From: Acidobacteriota bacterium | Lineage (GTDB): Bacteria; Acidobacteriota; UBA6911 | Direction: 5' to 3' | DNA: 64,000 nucleotides | NCBI GenBank assembly: GCA_963664705.1 | Contig: OY761556.1 | Span: 4,032,001-4,096,000 of the forward strand | In this document: piece after piece, positions 31,201 to 40,033 of the stretch | How positions within the stretch are numbered: the first letter of the stretch is position 1 | Layout of the letters: each line of letters starts with the position of its first letter | Notes under the pieces: model-generated | Told to the model about the DNA's origin: nothing | What the model saw: the letters and a program-made list of their open reading frames with translations, nothing else | The model's database searches: none | Made by a program: the position numbers and the translations under genes

Positions 31201-31743
31201 AAAGTTTGGCGCCCCGTTCACACGGAAGATAGCCATCTGGGTAACGCTGGTTCCGGGGATCAATCTCCCTGCAGCCAATGGGTCGCGAACCCACTGGTTG
31301 AAGCCGACGACGGGGAGATCATCGAGCTTCTTTGTGCTGACGTTGTGGCTTATCTCCCCACTCTCGGTTCTCAGCAGTGTCGCATCGGCTTCAACCGTCA
31401 CAACCTCGGCAAGATTCCCCACTTCAAGGGGAAGATCAATACGCAGGGTTTGCGACCCGATCACCGTAATTCCGGTCCGGACATACTGCTTGAATCCCTG
31501 GACTGTGGCAGTCAACTGGTACGCGCCCGCGGGAAGCTCCGACAGCGTATAGTTCCCGGTTTCGCTGCTCGCAGCCCGGTATTTTGCACCGGTCTCCACG
31601 TTGGAAGCTTCTATGGTGGCATTGGGGATTACCGCCCCCGCAGGATCAAGAACTGTTCCCGTAATAGCACCCCTCGTGCTCTGAGCGAAGGCAAACCCGG
31701 CCATCAGGAGCAGACAACAGGCCGAAAGGATCACTGAACGCAT
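28204..31743 (-). CDS. TonB-dependent receptor, Oar-like with N-terminal carboxypeptidase-regulatory-like domain
   Basis: Signal peptide; GAITGTVLDPAGAVIP, SAEYGQAGGGIVNMTTKSGT, FAQDSWKVTRKLTLDYGLRYD, PRLGIAYQ; C-terminal LKFQF. Confidence 0.93.
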   Translation of the reverse strand: MRSVILSACCLLLMAGFAFAQSTRGAITGTVLDPAGAVIPNATIEASNVETGAKYRAASSETGNYTLSELPAGAYQLTATVQGFKQYVRTGITVIGSQTLRIDLPLEVGNLAEVVTVEADATLLRTESGEISHNVSTKKLDDLPVVGFNQWVRDPLAAGRLIPGTSVTQMAIFRVNGAPNFTQSMRVEGMEANNATSIGTTKDSQPSVDALEEVTILTSNYSAEYGQAGGGIVNMTTKSGTSEYHGSAYLYWNHEKLNSAQPYTGIKAKSRVFVPGFNVGGPVTIPGLWDGRQKKMYFFVNFEASRRTQMVNTSWTMPTDKMRNGDFSEAYTGKTLGMDDFGRTIKEGQLYDPATTRTVNGIAGYRDMFVNNQIPVERFDTVARIVQDRFIPHATDQTKLINNYLDPWPYPGHQNVPSAKLDWYISAHSKISAYGASFEGVARGGDDGIKTPLTNFRPTNTNSKTLRLSFDQTLSPTKLLHLQIGFHGSVWPDYVLPEFDQLKELGLKGSYSNRFPVLGGTASTTRGGLGTRLGAAAGPTTQSDSHMERPEAAASFTWVKSNHTLKFGAEMRLDGFPTIMLDNSYGVYNFSTSQTGLPSTFGKSSQLAGGSIGFAYASFLLGMVDNGNIGVPSAVRQGKQSWAFFAQDSWKVTRKLTLDYGLRYDYQTYLHDTYGRIPSFSPTTANPNAGGLLGAMIFERNDVRFGRNYPFAFGPRLGIAYQFLPKTVLRAGWGIAYGQTANENRTSLGNGSNNPFSAPTGSGTAAMLLQDGPPTPGMWPVYDAGLFVIPNKAAQAVSAVDGNAGRPPRQIQWSIGIQREIYKDLAIEVSYVGNRGAWWVNGNLINVNALTPEYLQSKGLDVTLKTDRDLLTSALSSAAVQARGFKAPYSGFLMTQTLAQSLRPFPQYGNITYRWAPLGRTWYDALQVKASKRFSHGFDFTSTFTWAKELMMGSENETGGTGGGAVNNVFDRRTNKYLSSFSRPFVFMFAGNYRLPKLNIYKPLSLAISGWTVGAMVQYASGTPIAAPVAQNALSSVLYMSTYANRVPGQPLWTKDINCTTCFDPNKDFVLNPAAWSDPAPGTFGTGAVYYDDYRSRRVPAESMNIERIFHFREGMKISLRIDFQNIFNRTNVPGPSSTNALSTQTRDTSGKPTGGFGYINTANPSGARQGQAVLKFQF

Positions 31744-31960
31744 GTGTTACATCCTCCTCTTTACCGAATTGGACTTTGGTTTATATGACATTGGTCAAGG
31801 TACAGGCATTGATAGCATGGACGGCGGCGGCCAATCATTTTGCTGCGGTACAATTTCTGTCCAATTTCCGTCAGAGGCACAGTGCTATAATGCCCCGGAT
31901 AATTTTCAGCAGAGCTTTGATCGGTGCCAGGCGGAATAACCGCTATCTTGCATACAGGCC

Positions 31961-34885
31961 ATGGAAAAACTCGAGCCGATTACGTTCGATCTGTTTACGA
32001 TTGACCCCACTAGCGAATCGCTCTGGCGGGGAAATGAGAGAATCCATCTGCGGCCGAAATCGTTTGCCTTTCTACAATATCTTGTAATGCATCCCGGCCA
32101 GATGATTACCAAGGAACGATTGCTGAATGCCCTCTGGAAAGATTGCTTTGTCGGCGATGGAGCGCTAAAAAACTGCGTAGCCGAGATACGTCGAGTGCTT
32201 GGAGACCCGGCAGAGACTCCCAAGTATATTGAAACGGCGCATCGCAGGGGTTATCGCTTCATAGGCAAGATGGACCACCCTCCCGCAAACGGAGATCCGG
32301 GTACCGGCTCGATCCCTGCAAATACTGCGCACGGTGGTTCAACCACGAGGCTGGTCGGAAGAGCATCCGAATTGGCACGGTTGCAGCAACTGCTTGAAAC
32401 ATCGAAGAACGGAATTCGTCAGGTTGCCTTCGTCACCGGCGAACAGGGCATTGGAAAGACAACTCTGATCGACGCATTTCTCAAATCCTTGGACAATGGT
32501 ATTTGGATCGCGCGCGGACAATGCATCAAGACACATGGAGCCGGCGAATCCTATATGCCATTCGCGGAAGCATTCACCGGGCTCTGCGACAACTCCAAGC
32601 GCAAGACCATTGTTTCCACGCTGGGCCATCACGCCCCCCTGTGGCTGATACAGATGCCTTCGCTGGTCAGCGCCGCTCAACTGCGAGCCCTTCGCCGCAC
32701 CACCTCTGGCGCCTCGCGCGAACGCTTGTTGCGGGAGATGGCTGAAGCGCTCGAGGCGTTAACGGCAGAGATGCCTCTAATCCTGGTGTTGGAAGATTTG
32801 CATTGGAGCGACTACTCCACGCTTGATCTAATTTCCTATTGGTCACAGCGCCGGTCGGCGTCCCGGCTGCTGTTGATCGGAACCTACCGTCTGGCCGAAA
32901 CAATGACCGGCGATCATCCTTTAAGGAGGATCACACAGGAGCTAAAAGCGCACAATCTCTGCCAGGAGGTGTCCCTGGCATTTCTCCCCGAAAGCGCAGT
33001 CAGGGAATATATATCGCATGAATTTCCAGATCATAGTTTCCCATCAGAGATGGCAACGTGGATTCATCGCAGGACCGAAGGCAGTCCATTGTTCATGATC
33101 AACCTCCTGGAACATCTGGTGTCGCGCGGGTTGATCGTAAAACGGGATGGATCGTGGATTCTGGATACTCCCCTGGAAAGAGCGGAACTCGAGGTTCCTC
33201 CCACCATTCAACAGATCATTGAACAGCAATTTGAACGTTGCAGCCGAGAGGAACAACACCTTCTGCAAGTGGCAAGCGTAGCCGGATCAGATTTTTCGGC
33301 CAGTGCAGTGGCTGCCATCGCGGGAGAAAAACCGGAGCGGGTCGAATTGCGCTGCAGGAGCCTTGCCAGGCGACAGCTCTTTCTGCTGCCCTCCGTCATC
33401 CGCACCACTTCAGGAGGAAAGCGTGAGGCCCGGTACAGCTTCAGTCATGTGCTTTACCAGAATATCTGCTATCAGCTTCTAACCGAGACCCGGCGTGCCC
33501 AGCTTCATCAGCGGGTTGCTGAACAAATCGAGCAGATGACCACCAGCCAGTCCGGAGACTTCGCAGCGCGGCTCGCCGCGCATTTCGACCTGGGGCGGAA
33601 AACCAAAAAAGCGGTTCAGTATTATGAAAAAGCAGCCGCTAACGCCAACTGGAGATACGCGGGACGAGAGACGCAGGAACTTGCGGAGCGGGGATTGCAG
33701 CTGTTGGAAACCATTCCGGCTACAACAGAAAGATGCAAGATCGAGCTCAGCCTGCAGATTGCGCTGGGATCCTCGCTGCTGGCCACCAAGGGGCTTGTCT
33801 CCCCGGAAATGAAACGGGCCTTTGACCGGGCCATGGACCTTTTCCGGCAACTGGACCAGCGGCGCAGTTCCGGCAATACTCCGCTTTTCTTCTCCGCGCT
33901 GTGGGGACTCTGGAACTACAGCTGGATCCGCGCGGACTATGTCGCCGCCCGGGAAACTGCCGAGCGATTGTATCAGCTGGCGCAAAAGGAAAGGGATCCA
34001 TCGATCCTGACTCAAGCCCATTATGCTCTCGGCATCATCCTGATGGATCACGGAGAATTCGCGGAAGCCCTTCAGCACCTGAATCAGTGCCCCACTGTGG
34101 TAAGCCGAATTTATGGAGCTTGGACGATGTGGAACCTGGGCTACCCTGACCGGGCCATAAAATCGCTCGAAGATACATTGGCTCGTTCCATGGCAATGAA
34201 AGATACGGAAGGCAGTATCTTCAGCGATGTCGCACTGGCGCGCGTCCATGCAGCCCGGAGGGAGAACCAAAAAGCGCTGGATCATGCGCAAAGCGCACTC
34301 CAGACTGCCCGCCAAAACGGTTTCCCGAAACAATGGCTCGCACCCTGGCAAGTCATCCTGGGGTGGGCAATGGTTAAACTGGGGCGTGGGCGTGAAGGGA
34401 TTGATGAAGCCAACCAGGCTCTGGCCGCACACCGGGAGATTGGATCCACCAACATCACACCCTATGTGCTGGCCCTGTTCGGCGAAATTCTTGGAGATGC
34501 GGGAAGACCTCACGATGGGATAGCCGCAATCGATGAAGCTCTGGATGTCTCCGCCAAGACGGGGCTGATTTACCATGAGGCCGAAATCCACCGCCTTCGA
34601 GGAGAACTGCTCCTCCGGAAAATGATTTCGGGAAAAAAGGGCTCCCTTCACAGCCGCGGATTATCGGATGTCGAAGCCCATTTTAAAAAGTCCATTCGAA
34701 TTGCCCGCAGGCAGCAGGCGAAATCCATTGAACTCCGCGCCGCAGTAAGCATGGCCAAGCTGTGGGAGCATACGGACCGGAGACAAAAAGGCCGGCAACA
34801 ATTACAGGAGGTATACGAATGGTTCAAGGAGGGATTTGAAACTGCCGATTTGCAGGATGCCCGCAATCTGCTTGGCAGGTTATAA
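31961..34885 (+). CDS. OmpR-type winged-helix + AAA (STAND-like) ATPase + TPR-like transcriptional regulator
   Basis: Trans_reg_C motif (LRPKSFAFLQYLV...YIETAHRRGYRF), Walker A GEQGIGKT, Walker B LVLEDLHW, and the C-terminal ARRQQAKSIELRAA...WFKEGFETADL tail typical of this family. Confidence 0.9.
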   Translation: MEKLEPITFDLFTIDPTSESLWRGNERIHLRPKSFAFLQYLVMHPGQMITKERLLNALWKDCFVGDGALKNCVAEIRRVLGDPAETPKYIETAHRRGYRFIGKMDHPPANGDPGTGSIPANTAHGGSTTRLVGRASELARLQQLLETSKNGIRQVAFVTGEQGIGKTTLIDAFLKSLDNGIWIARGQCIKTHGAGESYMPFAEAFTGLCDNSKRKTIVSTLGHHAPLWLIQMPSLVSAAQLRALRRTTSGASRERLLREMAEALEALTAEMPLILVLEDLHWSDYSTLDLISYWSQRRSASRLLLIGTYRLAETMTGDHPLRRITQELKAHNLCQEVSLAFLPESAVREYISHEFPDHSFPSEMATWIHRRTEGSPLFMINLLEHLVSRGLIVKRDGSWILDTPLERAELEVPPTIQQIIEQQFERCSREEQHLLQVASVAGSDFSASAVAAIAGEKPERVELRCRSLARRQLFLLPSVIRTTSGGKREARYSFSHVLYQNICYQLLTETRRAQLHQRVAEQIEQMTTSQSGDFAARLAAHFDLGRKTKKAVQYYEKAAANANWRYAGRETQELAERGLQLLETIPATTERCKIELSLQIALGSSLLATKGLVSPEMKRAFDRAMDLFRQLDQRRSSGNTPLFFSALWGLWNYSWIRADYVAARETAERLYQLAQKERDPSILTQAHYALGIILMDHGEFAEALQHLNQCPTVVSRIYGAWTMWNLGYPDRAIKSLEDTLARSMAMKDTEGSIFSDVALARVHAARRENQKALDHAQSALQTARQNGFPKQWLAPWQVILGWAMVKLGRGREGIDEANQALAAHREIGSTNITPYVLALFGEILGDAGRPHDGIAAIDEALDVSAKTGLIYHEAEIHRLRGELLLRKMISGKKGSLHSRGLSDVEAHFKKSIRIARRQQAKSIELRAAVSMAKLWEHTDRRQKGRQQLQEVYEWFKEGFETADLQDARNLLGRL

Positions 34886-34923
34886 AAATAGTCGGTAGCC
34901 AGGGGGGCCTGGCTACCGACTAT
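34884..34923 (-). terminator. Rho-independent terminator (probably bidirectional)
   Basis: Perfect 16-bp stem ATAGTCGGTAGCCAGG / CCTGGCTACCGACTAT, with an A-tract on the left, between convergent genes. Confidence 0.8.
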
Positions 34924-34939
34924 CCGCTCATGCCGAAAG

Positions 34940-35236
34940 CTACAGCATCGTGATTTTCCCCGTATCTTTGTTTTTCCAGTATCCCCGCAGTGCCAGCGGC
35001 CAATTGAACTCGAGCGCCCCTGGAGTGGGACAGTCATTGGCACAGCAGCCGCAATACCAGCATTCTTCCGGATGAAGAATGATCGGCGGTTTACCCTTCA
35101 CAGGGTGAGGAATGTAGACATCGATCTGGCATGTTTCTACACAGGTGTTGCACCCGATGCAGACGTCCGGATTGAATCGCACCGGACTGTTCGGGGTATT
35201 GATGTTTGGAATTGCAAATATTTTTGCATCTGCCAC
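34940..35236 (-). CDS. 2x[4Fe-4S] ferredoxin, AprB-like
   Basis: CIGCNTCVETCQ and PEECWYCGCCANDCP; GTG start after GGGAGG. Confidence 0.9.
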   Translation of the reverse strand: MADAKIFAIPNINTPNSPVRFNPDVCIGCNTCVETCQIDVYIPHPVKGKPPIILHPEECWYCGCCANDCPTPGALEFNWPLALRGYWKNKDTGKITML

Positions 35237-35247
35237 GGTAGCCTCCC

Positions 35248-37194
35248 TTATTTGCCTTGATACACACCGGTGTAGTCTTTGTTATGAGCCTCGTAATTTT
35301 CCTTCATATTGCCCCAGAAGTTCTGGGGCCTCGCTCCGGTTTTCACCTTGTCGTTTTCCAGTTTGATGGTGAGGAACTTGTCCCACTCCGGCGGATCGAT
35401 CGTCGGAAAATCAATTCTCTGGAAATTCAAAGGCATACTGCTGGCTTTGCGTGCAAGCGATGAGTAGATGATGATCTTCGCAAATTCCAGCATGCTGAGA
35501 TCTTCCATCGTACGCATCAGCTTATGCGGATCCAGGGCAAACAAGGACGGGACCTCTTCCTTTTCGATTTTCTCCAGAGCGCTCAGCCCCATGTTGAACA
35601 GGCGCTCCGTTTTGAATTCGCTGACGTAATACTGCATGACTTTGGCAAGGCCGGAGTGCAGCTCTTTCCACTCTATCCCGCCGCTCCGCTTGACCGGGGC
35701 AAAAACCCTGGCTTTCTCTTTTTCGATCTGGTCGCGCGAGATTTTGGAGGGGCCGACCTCTTTGGCATAAGCAGCCGCCTTGCGCCCGGCATAACGTCCG
35801 GTGGAGGCCGCGTGGCTATGATCTTCAGGAGCAAACATCTGCGTGCCGGCGGCATACAGTCCTTCAAGTGTAGTTCGCAGGTTCCAGTCGACCAGGAGCC
35901 CGCCGCCGTACCCGACATCACGCCACTGCGGCATGCTCTGGCCTTCGATGAACTTGTAGCTCTGAAGCAGATCTTTACTGATATCAAAGCCAGCCTTGTT
36001 GTAGGTGTCGATGATGACGCGCGTCGTGGATTCCTCACCCAGCATCAAATTCCAGGTAGCCCGTCTCTCAACGTCAGGCATGGCGGGAAAATCCCCATAA
36101 AACGGGAGTTCATATTCGCCCTTCATGATGCCCTCGCGGATTTTTGCTTCAACTCCGGGGGCAGGAACCATGGCGCCGGCATCCACCCATCCCTGGATCG
36201 GATAGGGCAACCTTTTGCCGTTCGCATCCACAAGCGGAACATTTTCGTAGCTGGCATCGCCGGCGCCGCTGTACCACTTGTGCTTGAGACCGGTGGCGAT
36301 CATGATCATTCCGGTCCCTTCCATCTTGGTCAGCTCTGCACCCGCTCGCCACGCCATGATGGTACCGTCTCCGGACATAGTCCGGGAGTGCATGCTCGAA
36401 TAGCCGCCCAATTCCATACTCATGAGCCAGAGCGAACCGCCGCCGGCAGCGGAAAGGATGGTCGCCTTGGATTTGAAAATCATGAATTCACCGGTTCGGC
36501 TGTTGAGACCCGTCGCACCGACCACGCGCCCACCTTGGATCCCATTTTCGGTCAGAAGGCTCGTGCCCATCACGCGATCAAAGATTTTCACGCCCAGGCG
36601 TTTGCATTCCTTCTTCAAAGCGGGCTTGAAAGTGCTTCCCCACACGCGAATGACGACATTATTCCGCTTTTCAGGCGGATTAAAATTCGGCTCGCCCATA
36701 TGAGGATCGGGCAGATAACTGTGAATCGTGCCGTAGCGGGGAGAGATCATGAACTTGGTTTTGTCATCGCGGCCCTCGGCTCCGGCATATTCATTCTCAA
36801 CATCCCGGATCTTCCCGCCCATCTGCTCCATTTCAAGCAAGGTATCAAAATCCTCGCGGCACTGAATCTGAATGCCGATGCCATTCGAATATGGCCGGGA
36901 GGCCATGTGCTCAGCCCATGCATCGGGAGAAACACGGGACAGCGGATTCGCCGGCGCATCACACCAATGGTCACAACCCGGTCCGCCTGCGCCGCTGCGG
37001 ACGGTGTCCCCCTTCTCAACTAATGCCACGCGCAATCCTTGCCTCGCTGCGTTGATTGCAGCCCAGCAGCCGGCAATGCCTCCGCCGACGACCAGAACAT
37101 CCGTGTCGATTTCCTGCTCCTCGCCGAACCGGACAGGATAGGGCCAACTGGGCGGCCGACCTTCTTCTTTTAAATAATCATGCCACGTAGTCAT
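35248..37194 (-). CDS. FAD-dependent oxidoreductase of the AprA/SdhA/NadB superfamily (AprA-like, function unknown)
   Basis: Rossmann motif DVLVVGGGIAG...VEKG; GDGTIMAWRAGAEL, TTLEGLYAAG and the helical C-terminal SSLARKASS. Paired with an AprB-like ferredoxin. Confidence 0.88.
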   Translation of the reverse strand: MTTWHDYLKEEGRPPSWPYPVRFGEEQEIDTDVLVVGGGIAGCWAAINAARQGLRVALVEKGDTVRSGAGGPGCDHWCDAPANPLSRVSPDAWAEHMASRPYSNGIGIQIQCREDFDTLLEMEQMGGKIRDVENEYAGAEGRDDKTKFMISPRYGTIHSYLPDPHMGEPNFNPPEKRNNVVIRVWGSTFKPALKKECKRLGVKIFDRVMGTSLLTENGIQGGRVVGATGLNSRTGEFMIFKSKATILSAAGGGSLWLMSMELGGYSSMHSRTMSGDGTIMAWRAGAELTKMEGTGMIMIATGLKHKWYSGAGDASYENVPLVDANGKRLPYPIQGWVDAGAMVPAPGVEAKIREGIMKGEYELPFYGDFPAMPDVERRATWNLMLGEESTTRVIIDTYNKAGFDISKDLLQSYKFIEGQSMPQWRDVGYGGGLLVDWNLRTTLEGLYAAGTQMFAPEDHSHAASTGRYAGRKAAAYAKEVGPSKISRDQIEKEKARVFAPVKRSGGIEWKELHSGLAKVMQYYVSEFKTERLFNMGLSALEKIEKEEVPSLFALDPHKLMRTMEDLSMLEFAKIIIYSSLARKASSMPLNFQRIDFPTIDPPEWDKFLTIKLENDKVKTGARPQNFWGNMKENYEAHNKDYTGVYQGK

Positions 37195-37256
37195 TCGCGA
37201 CCTCCTTTTGAAAGAGATGGGTACGTGTCTATATTCATGAAGATGACAATGGGCGG

Positions 37257-37285
37257 ATAATAAGGAAACGCTTTTGGCGAGTCAA
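37257..37285 (-). promoter_or_regulatory. Sigma-70 promoter of the AprAB-like operon
   Basis: Minus strand TTGACT-17 nt-TATTAT, about 60 bp upstream of the ATG with an AGGAGG RBS. Confidence 0.6.
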
Positions 37286-37496
37286 GTCAAACAAATCCCC
37301 GGAGTCCGACCAAAGGAAAACGAATGATGTCAATAGTTATGGATGCCGAGGGGTTAGAAAAAGCCCCAAATCCGAGGTAGAGCGAATTCCAACGGATGAA
37401 GCAATACTTCGAGTTCGCGCATTGCCAATGAAATTTTCAATCTTATATAAGAATCTGCTAGTGCAATTAACCTGAGGATTTTAGACTGGAGGCCCC

Positions 37497-38153
37497 ATGA
37501 AAGTTAACCTATCATCATTTCGCATTCCGGCTTTTTCTCTTTTGCTGGTATTCGCATCGGTACCCGCACAGATATCCGCTCAATCGAAAAAAGGGGTGGA
37601 GTTTTACGATGCAGGTCAGTTCAAAGAGGCAGAAGCCGCTTTTCGAGAAGCACTGAAAAGCAATCCAAAGGATACGCCCAACAGCTATTTCCTCGGCCTC
37701 GCAGTTCTGCTTCAGGACAAGCACGATGAAGCCCTCAATATTCTGCTGAAGGTGAAACAAAGCCAGGCCGATCCGCGGACACGCTCGGCGGTTCCGGACG
37801 AATACCAGATCAATCTGGCGCTGGCCCGAACGCACCTGGAACTGAAGCAGTATGAGGATGCATGGAAGAATCTGGAAGCGGCAAGAAGTCAAAGCAACAA
37901 CGCTTCTGATGTTTACGTTTACAGGGGTGTCTATTACTTCCAGCTGGAAAAGTTTCCCGAGGCGCTGAAAGAGCTGGAAAAGGCTATCAGCCTGGACGCG
38001 AAGAATCCTTATGCGCATTACTATGAAGGACTCGCCTATTACAAGACCGGCGTGGCCGACAAGGCAGTCAGCGCGCTAAAGATGTTTTTGCAGCTGTACC
38101 CCAATGCGCCTGAAGCTGCCAAAGCCAAGGAGATTGTGGACAAGCTTTGCTGA
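37497..38153 (+). CDS. Secreted tetratricopeptide-repeat protein
   Basis: Signal peptide; several TPR units (YFLGLAV, YVYRGVYY, AHYYEGLAYY). Confidence 0.88.
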   Translation: MKVNLSSFRIPAFSLLLVFASVPAQISAQSKKGVEFYDAGQFKEAEAAFREALKSNPKDTPNSYFLGLAVLLQDKHDEALNILLKVKQSQADPRTRSAVPDEYQINLALARTHLELKQYEDAWKNLEAARSQSNNASDVYVYRGVYYFQLEKFPEALKELEKAISLDAKNPYAHYYEGLAYYKTGVADKAVSALKMFLQLYPNAPEAAKAKEIVDKLC

Positions 38154-38228
38154 CCTTCGCTTTGATTGGGTCAAGGAACGACAGCATCCTGCCCATTGCT
38201 TTTCGCCTTTTTTCGAGCGTTTTTCTTT

Positions 38229-38260
38229 CGCCCCTTCCGGGCTCTTTGAGCCCCGAAGGG
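38229..38260. repeat. REP-like palindrome
   Basis: CCCTTCCGGGCTC-TTT-GAGCCCCGAAGGG, 12 of 13 pairs, intergenic. Confidence 0.5.
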
Positions 38261-38379
38261 ACCTGAAAGGGAGAAAGAACAGCAATTGCGAGAGAGTAAA
38301 TGGCATTAGGCGGCGCGCCCTTGCGACGATGCATCCTCTTCTCGGATAATATCTCGGCCAACTCTCTCAACCTGCCGAT

Positions 38380-39255
38380 ATGATGGGAATGAGAAAAACC
38401 GTATTTTTCATTTCCCTTATCCTTCTGTCACAACCGGTATTTGCAGACCTTTATAAGTGGGTGGATGAAGAGGGAACGGTCCACATGACCGACACCCTGG
38501 CCCAAGTCCCCGCGCAGTACCGCGACCAGGTAGACCGGCGAAAGCTGCAGAATACAGCCGAACCGGTCGCTCAGCCAGCAGCTCGTACCAATGGAATCAA
38601 TATTGTCCGGCTGAAGCACGTTGAGGTTTCTTACCGGGCGTTCGAAGGCAGATCACGGAGAATTATCATCCCAGTGACCTTTAATGATTCGGTCAAAGCC
38701 GATCTGCTGTTGGACACTGGGTCGCCCGGACTGATGATTACCCCTTCGCTGGCAAACCGCCTGGGGCTTCTTGATGATCCGGAAACCAGGCTCAAAATCA
38801 TGACAGGAGGGATCGGGGGGTCCACACCGGCTATTCTCTCCATCGTCGACTCGGTTCGGGTCGGCGATGCCCGATCCGAATTTCTGCCTGCAACCATTGC
38901 AACGATGCCATCCGATGAATTCGAGGGACTGGTCGGGATGGACTTCATGGCCAATTATAAAGTCAGCATCGACATTGAGAAGAGCCTTCTCGCATTCGAC
39001 GAGCTGCCGCCGCAGAGCGACAGGCCAGGCGGGCATGACGAGTCGTGGTGGCGCGCCGTCTTTCAAAGATTTGGGGGCTTGCGCGATGACTGGGCCAAGT
39101 ATTTGGAAATGGCCGATAGCGAAAATGTCTCGTCGACCGAGAAGGAACGGCGTATGAAGACGGCCAAAGAGCAGTTTACCGCGGCCGACAATCTATGCCG
39201 CAAGCTGGAACGGTATGCCAGAGATAACTTAGTGCCCACAACATGGCGGCGATAA
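38380..39255 (+). CDS. DUF4124 domain + retropepsin-like aspartyl protease
   Basis: ADLYKWVDEEGTVHMTD (DUF4124), then LLDTGS and GLVGMDF clan-AA motifs. Confidence 0.85.
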   Translation: MMGMRKTVFFISLILLSQPVFADLYKWVDEEGTVHMTDTLAQVPAQYRDQVDRRKLQNTAEPVAQPAARTNGINIVRLKHVEVSYRAFEGRSRRIIIPVTFNDSVKADLLLDTGSPGLMITPSLANRLGLLDDPETRLKIMTGGIGGSTPAILSIVDSVRVGDARSEFLPATIATMPSDEFEGLVGMDFMANYKVSIDIEKSLLAFDELPPQSDRPGGHDESWWRAVFQRFGGLRDDWAKYLEMADSENVSSTEKERRMKTAKEQFTAADNLCRKLERYARDNLVPTTWRR

Positions 39256-39285
39256 TTACCGCGGGTTCCAGATCCGAATTCCAGA

Positions 39286-39951
39286 TTACTGGAAGCCGTG
39301 CCAGGTGGAAATAGTATCCAGCGGCTCCCTTTCCGTTCGGAACTGGTTGATCGGATTCTCCCATTCCGGGTATCCGATGGCAATGCCGAGGAAAAACACC
39401 TTGGATTCCGGAATGTCCAGAATTTTCCTCAGGATGGCCGGATAGGCAACAGCCTGGGCTTGAACAACGGTTCCCAGGCCATGCCGGGTCGCCAGCAGCA
39501 TGATATTCTGCGCCACAGCACCACAATCATACAGGGCCCATACATTCAGGCCTTTGGCTTGATAGTAAAACTCCCGCCGCGTCAGAAGATAGATAACCGC
39601 CGGGGCGCCAAAATGGCGAAAGTTCTGCACGCGTCGCGATTCCCAGTCCTTTTGAGTAACCAGGCGATTCTGTCTATCAAGCACTCGTATTCTGGCGGCA
39701 TAGCGCTCTGGAAACTCCGGAGGCCGTGGGACATCAAAGGAGGGGCTGGTCGAACTGCTTTCCAGAAATGCTGCCCGGATTTCATCCAGGGGTTTGCCTG
39801 TCGCAATCGCAAATTCCCAAGGCTGGGTATTCGCCCAGGAGGGCGCCCGAAGCGCCGATCCCAGGATCTCCTTCAGCAAATCCTGTGGAACCGGATCTGA
39901 TTTGAAAGCGCGAATGCTCTTTCTCTCGTCAATTGCCTGGGAAACATCCAT
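39286..39951 (-). CDS. Nitroreductase family protein
   Basis: RKSIRAF, APSWANTQPW, FGAP, DCGAVAQNIMLLA...GIAIGYP. Confidence 0.92.
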   Translation of the reverse strand: MDVSQAIDERKSIRAFKSDPVPQDLLKEILGSALRAPSWANTQPWEFAIATGKPLDEIRAAFLESSSTSPSFDVPRPPEFPERYAARIRVLDRQNRLVTQKDWESRRVQNFRHFGAPAVIYLLTRREFYYQAKGLNVWALYDCGAVAQNIMLLATRHGLGTVVQAQAVAYPAILRKILDIPESKVFFLGIAIGYPEWENPINQFRTEREPLDTISTWHGFQ

Positions 39952-39987
39952 AAGCCAGTCCCCTCCGGCCTCTTCTCAAGGGTTGTG

Positions 39988-40020
39988 AAAAGCGCGGCGG
40001 AATTTTACTGCCGCCGCGCT
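39988..40020 (-). terminator. Rho-independent terminator after the DUF1566 gene
   Basis: 10-bp stem AGCGCGGCGG / CCGCCGCGCT followed by a short T-run on the minus strand. Confidence 0.6.
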
Positions 40021-40033
40021 CCCACCAGCTTCG

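Noticed and set aside
35524-37023. Long antisense ORFs (499 aa here; also 249-1244, 1512-2564, 3938-5026, 7496-8632, 13957-14973, 33479-34651)
   Set aside because: They lie opposite well-supported genes, have no recognisable motifs, and are expected shadows in moderately GC-rich coding DNA.
35248-37194. Calling this aprA and inferring dissimilatory sulfate reduction
   Set aside because: AprA signature motifs are replaced and no sat, qmo or dsr genes are in the window.
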